From positions 416,001 to 480,000 of the forward strand of contig CAWHXD010000008.1 in assembly GCA_963833225.1 (NCBI GenBank): a stretch of 64,000 nucleotides of DNA. The letters are read 5' to 3'. Under the pieces are notes generated by a model, which saw nothing but the letters and a program-made list of their open reading frames with translations, was not told the origin of the DNA and did no database searches. This document shows, piece after piece, positions 43,994 to 53,031 of the stretch. Each line of letters opens with the position of its first letter. The stretch's first letter is position 1. The stretch is from an uncultured Chloroflexia bacterium. GTDB lineage: Bacteria; Chloroflexota; Limnocylindria; Limnocylindrales; CSP1-4. The translations under genes were made by a program, and so were the position numbers.

Positions 43994-45313
43994 ATGACGG
44001 ACGACGAGACAGCGGCCCTGGCGGGCATCATCGAGTCGGCGCACCGGCTGGGAGTGGAGCTCGACGAGACCGAGGCGGCCGAGTGGGTCGCCGCGCTCGC
44101 GGTCGAATCGGTTGGCGGCGACGTGGTGGTGGACGTCGATTCCGGGGTCTTCGGCCACCGGGCGAGCATGCTCGACTTCACGCCCGGCGATCTCGCGCGC
44201 TTCCGGGCCATGGGCGAGGTCGTTGGCTTCCCGGACCGGCTGCCCGAGGTCCGCACCGCGCTCGCGCTGTCCGGTTCCGCGGCCCAGGGCCGGGTCCAGG
44301 CGTACCCGGGCGACTGCGACTTCTTCGAGCGGATCCACATCACCGCGCCGACTCGAGAGGCCGCCTGCGAGCGGCTCGCGTTCGAGATGCGCGACAAGGC
44401 GCTGTCCACGCGTGTCGGACCCACGTTCCGGCTGTGGGAGGTCAAGTTCGGCAGCTACCCGTTCGACGGCGAGCGCGCCGGCAAGGCCGTCTCGCAGGGC
44501 AGCCCGATCAGCTGGACGGCGGACGAGGTCGCGACGGGCGCGATCGTGGTCCACCGCGATGGCGAGCCCGTCACGGTGACCTGGGAGGACGCCTCGGCCG
44601 AGCCCGGCTGGTGCAAGCTGGACTGGATCGTGGCCGACCCGGAGCGGCAGGCCCTTGCCAACGCCTCGAACATGCTGGACGTCACCTGGGAGGCTCCCGA
44701 CGGCACGATCGAGCCGCTCGACGGCTTCGTGGACCCGTACTTCCAGGAGATCTACCTGGAGCCCGAGTCGCTGCCGCTGTTCCAGAAGCTGATCGGCGAG
44801 CTGGCAACGGACTCGGTCGAGACGTACGTGGGTCAGCTCGAGCACGAGGTGGTCAAGTACGCGACGGAGCATCCGAACTGGGGCAAGGTGGCGCGCCGCC
44901 TGTACAACATCTTCCGGCTCACCGGCCGCTACCCGGAGGCCGTCTACCTGCGGGAGCTGTTCGACGAGCCGACCACGGTGCTGTACCAGGTCGCGGCGCT
45001 TGTCAGGACGCTCGATGAGGCGGATCGCCCCGGCGCCGGCTTCGACGTCGACATCATGCTCCGCCAGACCGACGACCTGATCATGTCGGCGATCGCCGCG
45101 CTCGAGGGCCGCTCCGAGGCCGAGATGGTCCGCCACCTGCTCGCGCTGCGGGACAACCTCCAGGCTCGGCGCGGGGCCGCCGGACGGACGGGCGACGTGA
45201 GCAGCGTGAAGGACCAGGCCATGGAGGCGGTCAACGAGTACTTCGCGAAGCGGCTGTTCGCCGTCCCGACGATCAAGGACTACATCGACGGGCTGGTCGC
45301 GGCGGACGCGTGA
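43994..45313 (+). CDS. Hypothetical protein with Pol-beta nucleotidyltransferase-like motif
   Basis: GGAGG RBS; LSGSAAQGRVQAYPGDCDF fits hG[GS]x9-13DxD; helical C-terminus. Confidence 0.7.
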   Translation: MTDDETAALAGIIESAHRLGVELDETEAAEWVAALAVESVGGDVVVDVDSGVFGHRASMLDFTPGDLARFRAMGEVVGFPDRLPEVRTALALSGSAAQGRVQAYPGDCDFFERIHITAPTREAACERLAFEMRDKALSTRVGPTFRLWEVKFGSYPFDGERAGKAVSQGSPISWTADEVATGAIVVHRDGEPVTVTWEDASAEPGWCKLDWIVADPERQALANASNMLDVTWEAPDGTIEPLDGFVDPYFQEIYLEPESLPLFQKLIGELATDSVETYVGQLEHEVVKYATEHPNWGKVARRLYNIFRLTGRYPEAVYLRELFDEPTTVLYQVAALVRTLDEADRPGAGFDVDIMLRQTDDLIMSAIAALEGRSEAEMVRHLLALRDNLQARRGAAGRTGDVSSVKDQAMEAVNEYFAKRLFAVPTIKDYIDGLVAADA

Positions 45314-45328
45314 GCGGAGGGGCATGAC

Positions 45329-46778
45329 GTGAGCAGGATCGTGGGTGGGTCACCCGGTCGACCGACAGCCCCGGCCTGGCGCTCGGTCACCCGGCGGGTC
45401 GTGGCCGGCCTGCTGGTCACGGTGGTTGCCGGTGGCTGCGCCTCGCCACCGCCACCGCTGACCCCGGACGAGGCGGCGGGCCTCGTGACCGCGGCGGACA
45501 TCGCCGCCCATCTCGACGCGATCGCGGCGATTGCCCAGGACCAGGCGGGCACGCGTGGCACGGGGAGTCCTGGCAATCTCGCGACGGCCGAGTACGCCGA
45601 GCGGGTGCTGGCCGATCTCGGCTACGCGCCCACGGTTGTCCCCCTGACGACCTTCGTGTTCGAGGACCCGGGTGGCAGCGAGGTGGCGATTGCCGGCGGT
45701 CCGACCTTCTCGGATGGCTCGCAGGTGCTGTCGCAGATGTTCTCTCCCGCGGGGGTGGCCGAGGGTCCGATCGTGGACCTGGGCTGGGACCCAGCGGCCC
45801 GCGTCGCCGACGGAGCCGGCTGTGATCCTGCCGACTTCACCGGGCTGACACCAGGGGCCATCGTCCTGACGCGCCCCGCCCCGTGCTTCCGGCGCGTGGT
45901 GCTGGAGAACGCCCAGGCGGCCGGAGCGGGAGCGCTCGTGACCGCGACGCCATCGACGGGTCCGGGCGAGATCCGCCGGTCCACGCTGGTCACCCCTGCC
46001 GGTCTCTCGATCCCGGCGGTGGCCGTCTCGCGCGACGTCGCCGAGGCGCTCGCCGACGGCGCTGCCCGCGGGGGACGAGCGCGCGTGACCACAACCGGCG
46101 CCAGCCGGGAGACATCCCTGAAGTCCGTGCTCGCGGAGCGCACCGGGGCCGATCCGTCGCGGATCGTGATGCTCGGGGCGCACCTGGATTCGAGCCTCGA
46201 CGGTCCTGGGCTCAACGACGACGGATCCGGCGTGGCGGCACTCCTGGCCATCGCGCGGGCCTTCAGCGAGGCCACACCGAGTGCGACGCTCCGGTTCGCG
46301 TTCTGGGCCGCGGAGGAGACCGGACTCCACGGCTCCAGCAGCTACGTGCATGCCCTGTCCGAGGTCGAGCGGGCGCGCATCGTCGGGTATCTGAATGCGG
46401 ACATGCTCGCGTCGCCGAACGGCTTCGCGGGTGTGTACGACGAGCCGGCGGCACCCCCGGGATCGGCGGCTGATCCGTGACCGCCTGGCCGCCGCCCTCG
46501 ACGCCGCCGGTGTCGCCTGGGAACCCGTGGACACGGGCCTCGGTGCCGATCACGCCCCGTTCGCGGCTGCAGGGATCCCCACCGGGGGCGTCTTCGCGGG
46601 CGCGTCCGAACAGCTCACCGCAGCCCAGGCGCAACGCTCGGGCGGCCGTGCCGGGGTCCCCGCCGATGCCTGCTACCACCTCGCCTGCGACGACCGCGCG
46701 AACCCGAACGAGGCACTCCTGCTGGAGCTCGCGCGGGCCCTCGCGTGGGCTGCCGCGGACCTCGCCACGTCGCGCTAG
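45329..46778 (+). CDS. M28 family aminopeptidase lipoprotein with PA domain, +1 frameshift near 46468
   Basis: GAHLDS, GPGLNDDGSG, WAAEETGL, NADM, ADHAPF, CYHLACD. Confidence 0.85.
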
Positions 46779-46892
46779 AGCGGCACCGCGACCGCGGGGT
46801 GCAGCCCTGGTCTCCGCACGCGGCTGGTCGAGCCCGCCCGCCGGTATGCTGGCGGGTGAGCACGCCGATCACGTCTACCGCGGGAGCCTCAC

Positions 46893-48167
46893 ATGCCTGA
46901 CCTGCCGGACCTCATTCCCCTCGAGATCGCCCAGGCCCACGTGCTCGACGGCGTCGCGCCGCTACCGTCCGAGACGGTCGACCTCGCCGACGCTCCGGGC
47001 TTCGTCCTCGCGGAGCCGGTCCGCTCGATCCTGACGGTGCCATCGTGGCCAAACAGCGCGATGGACGGGTTCGCCGTCCGGGGCGCCGACATCATGACCG
47101 CATCGGCGTCCAGCCCGGTCGTCCTGCGGGTCCTGGGCGAGGTTGCGGCAGGACGTCCGCCCGAGATGGGCGTGGATGCGGGGACGGCGATCCGGATCAT
47201 GACCGGCGCGATGCTGCCGGACGGGGCGGACACGGTGGTCCCGGTCGAGGACACCGATGCGCCCGTGGGCGCCTCCGAGATCCCCGCCAGCGTCGCGATC
47301 TACGCTCCGGTCAAGGTTGGCGACCACATCCGCCTGCCCGGGAGCGATGTCACCGCGGACGCCCCCATCCTGGGCGCGGGTCGCGCCTGTGACGCGGCGG
47401 CGATCGCGCTCCTCGCTGCCACCGGCCATGCGTCGGTGGCGGTGCATCGGCGGCCGAGGGTTGCGGTGATCTCCACCGGCGACGAGCTGGTGCCCCCGGG
47501 CCAGCCGCTGGGACCCGGCCAGATCCACGACTCCAACTCGCTCACGCTCGCGACCCAGGCGGCCGAGGCGGGCGCCGAGGTCCGGCGCCTGGGCGTGGCC
47601 CGGGACACGCTCGACGGGCTGCTGACCGTGCTCCGCGAGGGGGCTGCCTGGGCCGACGTGGTCATCCTCAGCGGCGGCGTCTCGGTGGGAGCCCACGACC
47701 ACGTGAAGGCCGCCTTCGCCACGCTCGGCGACCTGGCGCTGTGGCGGGTGGCGATCAAGCCCGGACGCCCATTCGCGTTTGGGCGGGCCACGATCGAGGG
47801 ACGCGACGTCCGGCTGTTCGGGCTCCCCGGGAACCCGGTGAGCGTGTTCGTGACGTTCGAGCTGTTCGTGCGGCCGGTCCTGCGCCGGCTCGCGGGCCAT
47901 CCCCGGGCGTTCGGCCGGTCCACGCGGATCGTCCGCCTCGCCGAGCCCATGCGCGGCTCGTCGGGCCGCCAGCACATCACGAGGGTCGTGCTGGTCGCGG
48001 ACCCGGACCGGCCGGACGGGCTCCTCGCCCGATCGTCGGGCGGCCAGGACTCGTACATGCTGGCCTCGCTGGCGGCGGCCAACGCGATGATCTTCATCCC
48101 GCCCGACGCGGACCTTCCGGCCGGGGCGGAGGTGGTGGCCTGGGAGCTGCGGGACCGCGAGGACTGA
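46893..48167 (+). CDS. moeA: Molybdopterin molybdo/tungsto-transferase
   Basis: SAMDGFA, RIMTGA, STGDEL, SGGVSVG, KPGRP, LPGNP. Confidence 0.95.
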   Translation: MPDLPDLIPLEIAQAHVLDGVAPLPSETVDLADAPGFVLAEPVRSILTVPSWPNSAMDGFAVRGADIMTASASSPVVLRVLGEVAAGRPPEMGVDAGTAIRIMTGAMLPDGADTVVPVEDTDAPVGASEIPASVAIYAPVKVGDHIRLPGSDVTADAPILGAGRACDAAAIALLAATGHASVAVHRRPRVAVISTGDELVPPGQPLGPGQIHDSNSLTLATQAAEAGAEVRRLGVARDTLDGLLTVLREGAAWADVVILSGGVSVGAHDHVKAAFATLGDLALWRVAIKPGRPFAFGRATIEGRDVRLFGLPGNPVSVFVTFELFVRPVLRRLAGHPRAFGRSTRIVRLAEPMRGSSGRQHITRVVLVADPDRPDGLLARSSGGQDSYMLASLAAANAMIFIPPDADLPAGAEVVAWELRDRED

Positions 48168-48235
48168 GGCGGGACGGGCAACCCGGGGGCGCGGCGGGAC
48201 GCGGGCGGAGTGGAGAGCGCGGCGAACGCGGCGAC

Positions 48236-48472
48236 TCAGCCCCCGCTCGAGGGTGGGAAGCAGTCGATCCGGTCGCGATCCGCCAGGGTGATCCGGGCCT
48301 CGCCCAGGCGGACGACCTCGCCGTTGACGGCGAACACGGCGATGTCGGCCTCCGGGACCCCCATCAGGCGCAGCGCGTCGGACGCGGGCATCTCGTCGGG
48401 CAGCGGGAACTCGAACCGCGCCTGCTTGCCCGGCCCGTAGAAGCCGAGCTCGCCCCAGAGGTGGACCTTCAT
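48236..48472 (-). CDS. MoaD/ThiS family sulfur carrier
   Basis: AVNGE and C-terminal PPSSGG; follows AOR. Confidence 0.85.
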   Translation of the reverse strand: MKVHLWGELGFYGPGKQARFEFPLPDEMPASDALRLMGVPEADIAVFAVNGEVVRLGEARITLADRDRIDCFPPSSGG

Positions 48473-48488
48473 GCCGGCGGCGACCGGC

Positions 48489-50399
48489 TCAGCCGGCACC
48501 TGCCGGCGACTCGACCGTCCAGTCCAGGCCGAGGGCGTGCAGCCGCTCGGCCGTCGGGGCGCCGGTGACCGGGTCCCAGCCCTTGAGCTCGTAGAGCGCC
48601 GTGATCGCCGCCTCGAACGCCTCGCGATCGATGGACCGGCCGGTGAGCGGGCCGCCCTCGAGAGGGGTGTAGAGGCGGCCGGGCAGGCGGTCGTCGCCGC
48701 GCGTGAACCCCTCGCGGTTGTTGAACACGCGGGCCATGTTCACGGCCCGCTCGCCAATGTCGAGCAGCTCGTCCACCGTGACGTCCCAGCCGGTCGCGGC
48801 ACGCACGGCCGCCACCACGTCCTCGACCTGGATGAAGGACCGCGGGGCCGGACCGAAGAAGCACAGCCCCAGGACCTTCTCGGCGCTGTTCCAGCGCTCG
48901 CCGGTGTACCAGTTGCCCACCTTCGCGTCGCCCAGCGAGAACACGTCGGCGGGCTCGATGCCGCCAAGGGGGATGGCGCCCTTGAACGGCACCAATTCGG
49001 GGTTCACGAAGATCGGGTCGTGGAACCCGACGAGGTGGTCCGCGCCGGCCTCGTTGGTCGCGTAGCCGAGAGCCACGCCGGTCTTGCCGCGCGGCTCGTG
49101 CATCGCGAGCTCCAGGCCCTTGACCTGCATCGCGAACGCCAGCGCGTCGCCGCCGAGCTGCTCGGCGATCCGGCGTGAGCCAAGGGCAAGCAGCTCCCCG
49201 ATCCCCCGCCGGTCGGCGATCAGCGGCAGCGACTCGAGGAGCGCCTCGCCGTTGCCAAAGCGCAGGTCCACGCCGTGCAGCTCGTCGGGCCCGACCAGGC
49301 CGTGCTCCACGCACTCCATGACGAAGGCGACGGTGCCCGCGGTCGAGATGACGTCGAGGCCAAGCTCGTTGCACAGCTCGTTGGCCCGGGCCACCAGCTC
49401 CATGTCGAAGATCGCACAGTTGGAGCCGAACCCGGCGATCGCCTCGTACTCGGGTCCGTCGTAGGTGTCCGTGACGCGGTAGCGCTGGCCCTCGAAGGCT
49501 GTCTCGGGCTTGCACCGGACGGCGCAGGCATAGCAGGAGCGGGTCCCGCTCCGGATCGCCTCGAACGCGGCCCAGCCGATCTGCTCCACCTGCTCGAACG
49601 ACCCCAGCCGGAAGTTCCGGGTGGGCAGGATCCCGGCCGCGTTGAGGCCGTCCGTGAGCCCGGGCGTGCCCTTGGTGCGCAGGTCCCAGCCCTGGGGATG
49701 CTCGGGGATCGTCTTGGACAGGCGCCTGCCGATCTCGCCCAGCGCCGCGGCGTCGTTGGCGAGCTCGCCGTACTTGTGGGACCCCTTGACGGCGATGGCC
49801 CGGACGTTCTTGGAGCCCATCACGGCACCCATGCCGGTCCGGCCGTTGTAGTGACGGAGCTCGTTCATGAGCATCGCGTACGGGACGAGGTTCTCGCCGG
49901 CGCGGCCGATCTGGAGGACGCGGCACAGCTTCTCGCCGGTCTCCTCCTTGATCGCGGCCTGCACCGCGGGCGGGTCCTGGCCCCACAGGGCGCGGGCATC
50001 GCGGATCTCGGCGACGCCGTCCCGGATCCAGAGCCAGACCGGGTGTGGCGAGCGACCGGTGAGGATGATCGCGTCGAGGCCCGCCATCTTGAGCTCCGGG
50101 CCCCAGTAGCCGCCGGCCTCCAATTCGCCGAAGCCGCCGGTCAGCGGCGAGCGGGCGATCGCGTTGAAGCGGGTGGCGGTGGACACGGGAGCGCCCGTCA
50201 ACAGGCCCGCGGCGAGGATGAGCACGTTGTCCGGCCCCAGCGGGTCCGCACCGGCGGGCATCTCGCGGAGCAGGTGGTACGCGGCCAGGGCCTTGCCGCC
50301 CGGGTAGCGCCGGTAGAAGGCCTCGTCGAAGGTCTCGATCTCGGTCGTGCCGCTGGTGAGATCGACCCGGAGGATCGCCCCGTTGCTGCCGAATGCCAT
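48489..50399 (-). CDS. Tungsten aldehyde:ferredoxin oxidoreductase family protein 1
   Basis: ILRVDL, RSPLTG, GRTGMGAVMGSKN, CYACAVRC, GPEYE, NELGLDVIS. Confidence 0.93.
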   Translation of the reverse strand: MAFGSNGAILRVDLTSGTTEIETFDEAFYRRYPGGKALAAYHLLREMPAGADPLGPDNVLILAAGLLTGAPVSTATRFNAIARSPLTGGFGELEAGGYWGPELKMAGLDAIILTGRSPHPVWLWIRDGVAEIRDARALWGQDPPAVQAAIKEETGEKLCRVLQIGRAGENLVPYAMLMNELRHYNGRTGMGAVMGSKNVRAIAVKGSHKYGELANDAAALGEIGRRLSKTIPEHPQGWDLRTKGTPGLTDGLNAAGILPTRNFRLGSFEQVEQIGWAAFEAIRSGTRSCYACAVRCKPETAFEGQRYRVTDTYDGPEYEAIAGFGSNCAIFDMELVARANELCNELGLDVISTAGTVAFVMECVEHGLVGPDELHGVDLRFGNGEALLESLPLIADRRGIGELLALGSRRIAEQLGGDALAFAMQVKGLELAMHEPRGKTGVALGYATNEAGADHLVGFHDPIFVNPELVPFKGAIPLGGIEPADVFSLGDAKVGNWYTGERWNSAEKVLGLCFFGPAPRSFIQVEDVVAAVRAATGWDVTVDELLDIGERAVNMARVFNNREGFTRGDDRLPGRLYTPLEGGPLTGRSIDREAFEAAITALYELKGWDPVTGAPTAERLHALGLDWTVESPAGAG

Positions 50400-50453
50400 C
50401 GAAGCCCTCCGCGCCTGCCCTCGCCCGCACCGCGGGCAAGTCGCCTGCCTACA

Positions 50454-51383
50454 TCATGCCCCGGCGCGGTCCCCGGTGTCGTGGCCGGGCGCTGCCCGTT
50501 GCGTGGTCCGGTGGGTATCGAGGAGCCGCCGCGCGCGGGCGTCGATGTCGGTGCCGGTCCCGGCCCCCGTGTCGACCACGACGAGCCCGTCCTCGGACGC
50601 CACGACCTGCCCCCGCACCCGTGCCTCGGTGTGGACGACCGCCGCGACCTCGTCGTCGACCGGTGACGCCACGACCCGTTCCGGGACGTCGCACTGGCGG
50701 ATCCGGCCGCCGAGCAGGACCGCCAGGCGGTCCCCCAGCCGCGCGGCCTCGTGCAGGTGATGGGTCACCAGCACGCGCGTCGCCGGGACCTCCGTCCGCA
50801 GCCGCTCGAAGTCATCGAGCAGGCGCGCGCGCGTTCCGCTGTCGAGCGCCACGAACGGCTCGTCGAGGAGCAGCAGCTGGGGATCAAGGACGAGCGCACG
50901 GGCCAGGCTCGTGCGCTGCGCCTCGCCGCTCGAGAGCTGGCTGGCGGGCCGGTCGCGCAGGTGGGCGATCGCCAGCCGGTCCAGCCAGTGATCGACCCGG
51001 TCGCGGATCTCGGCGGCGCCGACGCCCCGGAACCGGAGCCCGGCCGCAACGTTTCCGAACACCGATGTCGAGAGCAGGAGGGGCGCGGGCAGCACGAGGC
51101 CGATGGTCCGCCGATAGGCCAGCTCCCTGGCGGGCACCACCGGACGGTCCCGGAACAGGAACGTGCCCTCGTCCGGGCGGAGCAGGCCGGCCAGCGCCAG
51201 GAGGAGCGTGCTCTTCCCGGCACCGTTGGGGCCCACGATCGCCAGCGTCTCGCCATCCCGGATCACGAGCTCATCGATATCGAGGATCCGGCGGTTCGCA
51301 CGGGTGACCTGGAGGTCGTTCACCTCGAGCAGCGCGGGGCCAGGCGTCCGCGGGGCCACCCGCGCGGTCACCAACCCGGTCAC
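50454..51383 (-). CDS. tupC: Tungstate ABC transporter ATP-binding subunit
   Basis: GPNGAGKS, LSSGEAQR, LLDEP; coupled to permease. Confidence 0.85.
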   Translation of the reverse strand: MTGLVTARVAPRTPGPALLEVNDLQVTRANRRILDIDELVIRDGETLAIVGPNGAGKSTLLLALAGLLRPDEGTFLFRDRPVVPARELAYRRTIGLVLPAPLLLSTSVFGNVAAGLRFRGVGAAEIRDRVDHWLDRLAIAHLRDRPASQLSSGEAQRTSLARALVLDPQLLLLDEPFVALDSGTRARLLDDFERLRTEVPATRVLVTHHLHEAARLGDRLAVLLGGRIRQCDVPERVVASPVDDEVAAVVHTEARVRGQVVASEDGLVVVDTGAGTGTDIDARARRLLDTHRTTQRAAPGHDTGDRAGA

Positions 51384-52027
51384 CGGCGCGGACCCCGCTG
51401 CTGCGCCCAGGTCAGGACGCCGTTGACCATGAACGCGAGGGCGAGCAGGACGAGGCCCAGGACGATGGCGTTGCCAAACTCGCCGCGTCCCGTCTCGAGC
51501 ACGATGGAGGTGGTCAGCACGCGCGTCTGGCCCGAGATGTTGCCGCCGACCATCATCGCGGCGCCCACCTCGGAGATGACGCTGCCGAAGGCGGCCATCA
51601 CGGCGGCCAGCAGCGACAGGCGCGCCTCCCGCCACAGCCACCACACCATCTGCCAGCGCGAGGCCCCCAGTCCCTGGAGCTGGAGCTGGAGCCGCGGATC
51701 GAGCTGGCCGAGGCCGGCCGCGGTCAGGCCGATCACGACGGGCGCCGCGATCACCGTCTCGGCGATCACCATGGCACCCGGCGTGTACATCAGGCCCAGC
51801 CCGCCGAGGATGCCGCTGCGCCACAGCAGGATCGCGATGAACAGGCCGGCGACCACCGGCGGCAGGGCCATCCCCGTGTTCACCACGCTGAGCACGATGC
51901 GCCGCGACCGGAACACGGACAGGGCGAGCCAGGTGCCGACCGGCAGGCCGACCAGCAGGCTGACCAGCGTCGCCGCGCCCGAGACGGCAAGCGAGAGCAG
52001 CGTGATCTCGACGAGGTCGCTGCTCAT
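51380..52027 (-). CDS. tupB: Tungstate ABC transporter permease
   Basis: NTGMALPPVVAGL, SEVGAAMMVGGNI, TRVLTT. Confidence 0.92.
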   Translation of the reverse strand: MSSDLVEITLLSLAVSGAATLVSLLVGLPVGTWLALSVFRSRRIVLSVVNTGMALPPVVAGLFIAILLWRSGILGGLGLMYTPGAMVIAETVIAAPVVIGLTAAGLGQLDPRLQLQLQGLGASRWQMVWWLWREARLSLLAAVMAAFGSVISEVGAAMMVGGNISGQTRVLTTSIVLETGRGEFGNAIVLGLVLLALAFMVNGVLTWAQQRGPRR

Positions 52028-52040
52028 GGCGATTCCGGGA

Positions 52041-52973
52041 TCAGGGGGCCGTCAGGCTGCTCTCCGACTTCCCGGCGTCGGAGACGAAGAGGTTCATGCC
52101 GTACTTGTCCTGGCCAAAGCTGCCGATGATCGCCTGCCCCTCGGCTGACAGCACGTAGTCGCTGAACGCCGCCGCCCCGGCCGCGTTGACGTTCGGCCAC
52201 AGGTCGGGGTTCACCCGGATGACGTGGTAGATGTTGAGCAGGGAGGGATCGTTGTCGACCATCGCCTCGAGGTCGAGCTGGGCCCGGGTCGCGGCCCAGG
52301 TGGCGATGTCCACCAGCGTGTAGCCGCGCTTCTCCGACGCGATCTGGAGCGTGGCCGCCATGCCCTGGCCCGACTGGATGTACCAGGCAGGGTCGGGGGT
52401 GATCCCGAGCGCCTTCCAGTAGCCGAGCTCCTTGGCCTCGGTGCCCGACGCGTCCCCTCGGGAGACGAAGGTGGCGCCCGCGTCGGCGATCTTCTGGAAC
52501 GCGTCAGCCGTGGACGTCATGCCCTTGATCCCCGCGGGATCCGCTCCGGGACCCACGACCAGGAAGCTGTTGTGCATCACCAGCAGGCGGTCGACGCCGC
52601 TGCCCGCATCCATGAACGTCTGCTCGGCGGCCGGCGAGTGGACCAGCAGGACATCGGCGTTGCCCTCCGTCCCCAGCTTGAGGGCCGCGCCGCTGCCCAC
52701 CGCGACGGTCTTGACCGTGTACCCCGTGGCGGCCTCGAAGGCCGGGATGAGGACGTCGAGCAGCCCCGAGTCCTGGGTGGACGTGGTGGTGGCGAGGATG
52801 AGATCCTTCGATCCCGCCAAGGTCGGGGCCGTGGTCGCGGCCGTGGTCGGGGCCGCGCTGGAACCGGGCGAGCCCGACGGGAGGGTGGATCCGGAGCACG
52901 CGCCCAGGATGAGCGCGAGCAGCCCGATGACGACAACCGGCGCCAGCGGCCGGCGAGACCCGATCAGCCCCAT
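52041..52973 (-). CDS. tupA: Tungstate-binding lipoprotein
   Basis: Lipobox LGAC; ATTTSTQDSGLL signature; FVSRGDASGT. Confidence 0.92.
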   Translation of the reverse strand: MGLIGSRRPLAPVVVIGLLALILGACSGSTLPSGSPGSSAAPTTAATTAPTLAGSKDLILATTTSTQDSGLLDVLIPAFEAATGYTVKTVAVGSGAALKLGTEGNADVLLVHSPAAEQTFMDAGSGVDRLLVMHNSFLVVGPGADPAGIKGMTSTADAFQKIADAGATFVSRGDASGTEAKELGYWKALGITPDPAWYIQSGQGMAATLQIASEKRGYTLVDIATWAATRAQLDLEAMVDNDPSLLNIYHVIRVNPDLWPNVNAAGAAAFSDYVLSAEGQAIIGSFGQDKYGMNLFVSDAGKSESSLTAP

Positions 52974-53031
52974 GTGTGCAGAACCCCTCTTGCTGCGGAC
53001 GCGTCGATGACGGCCGATCCGGCCGTTTGGG

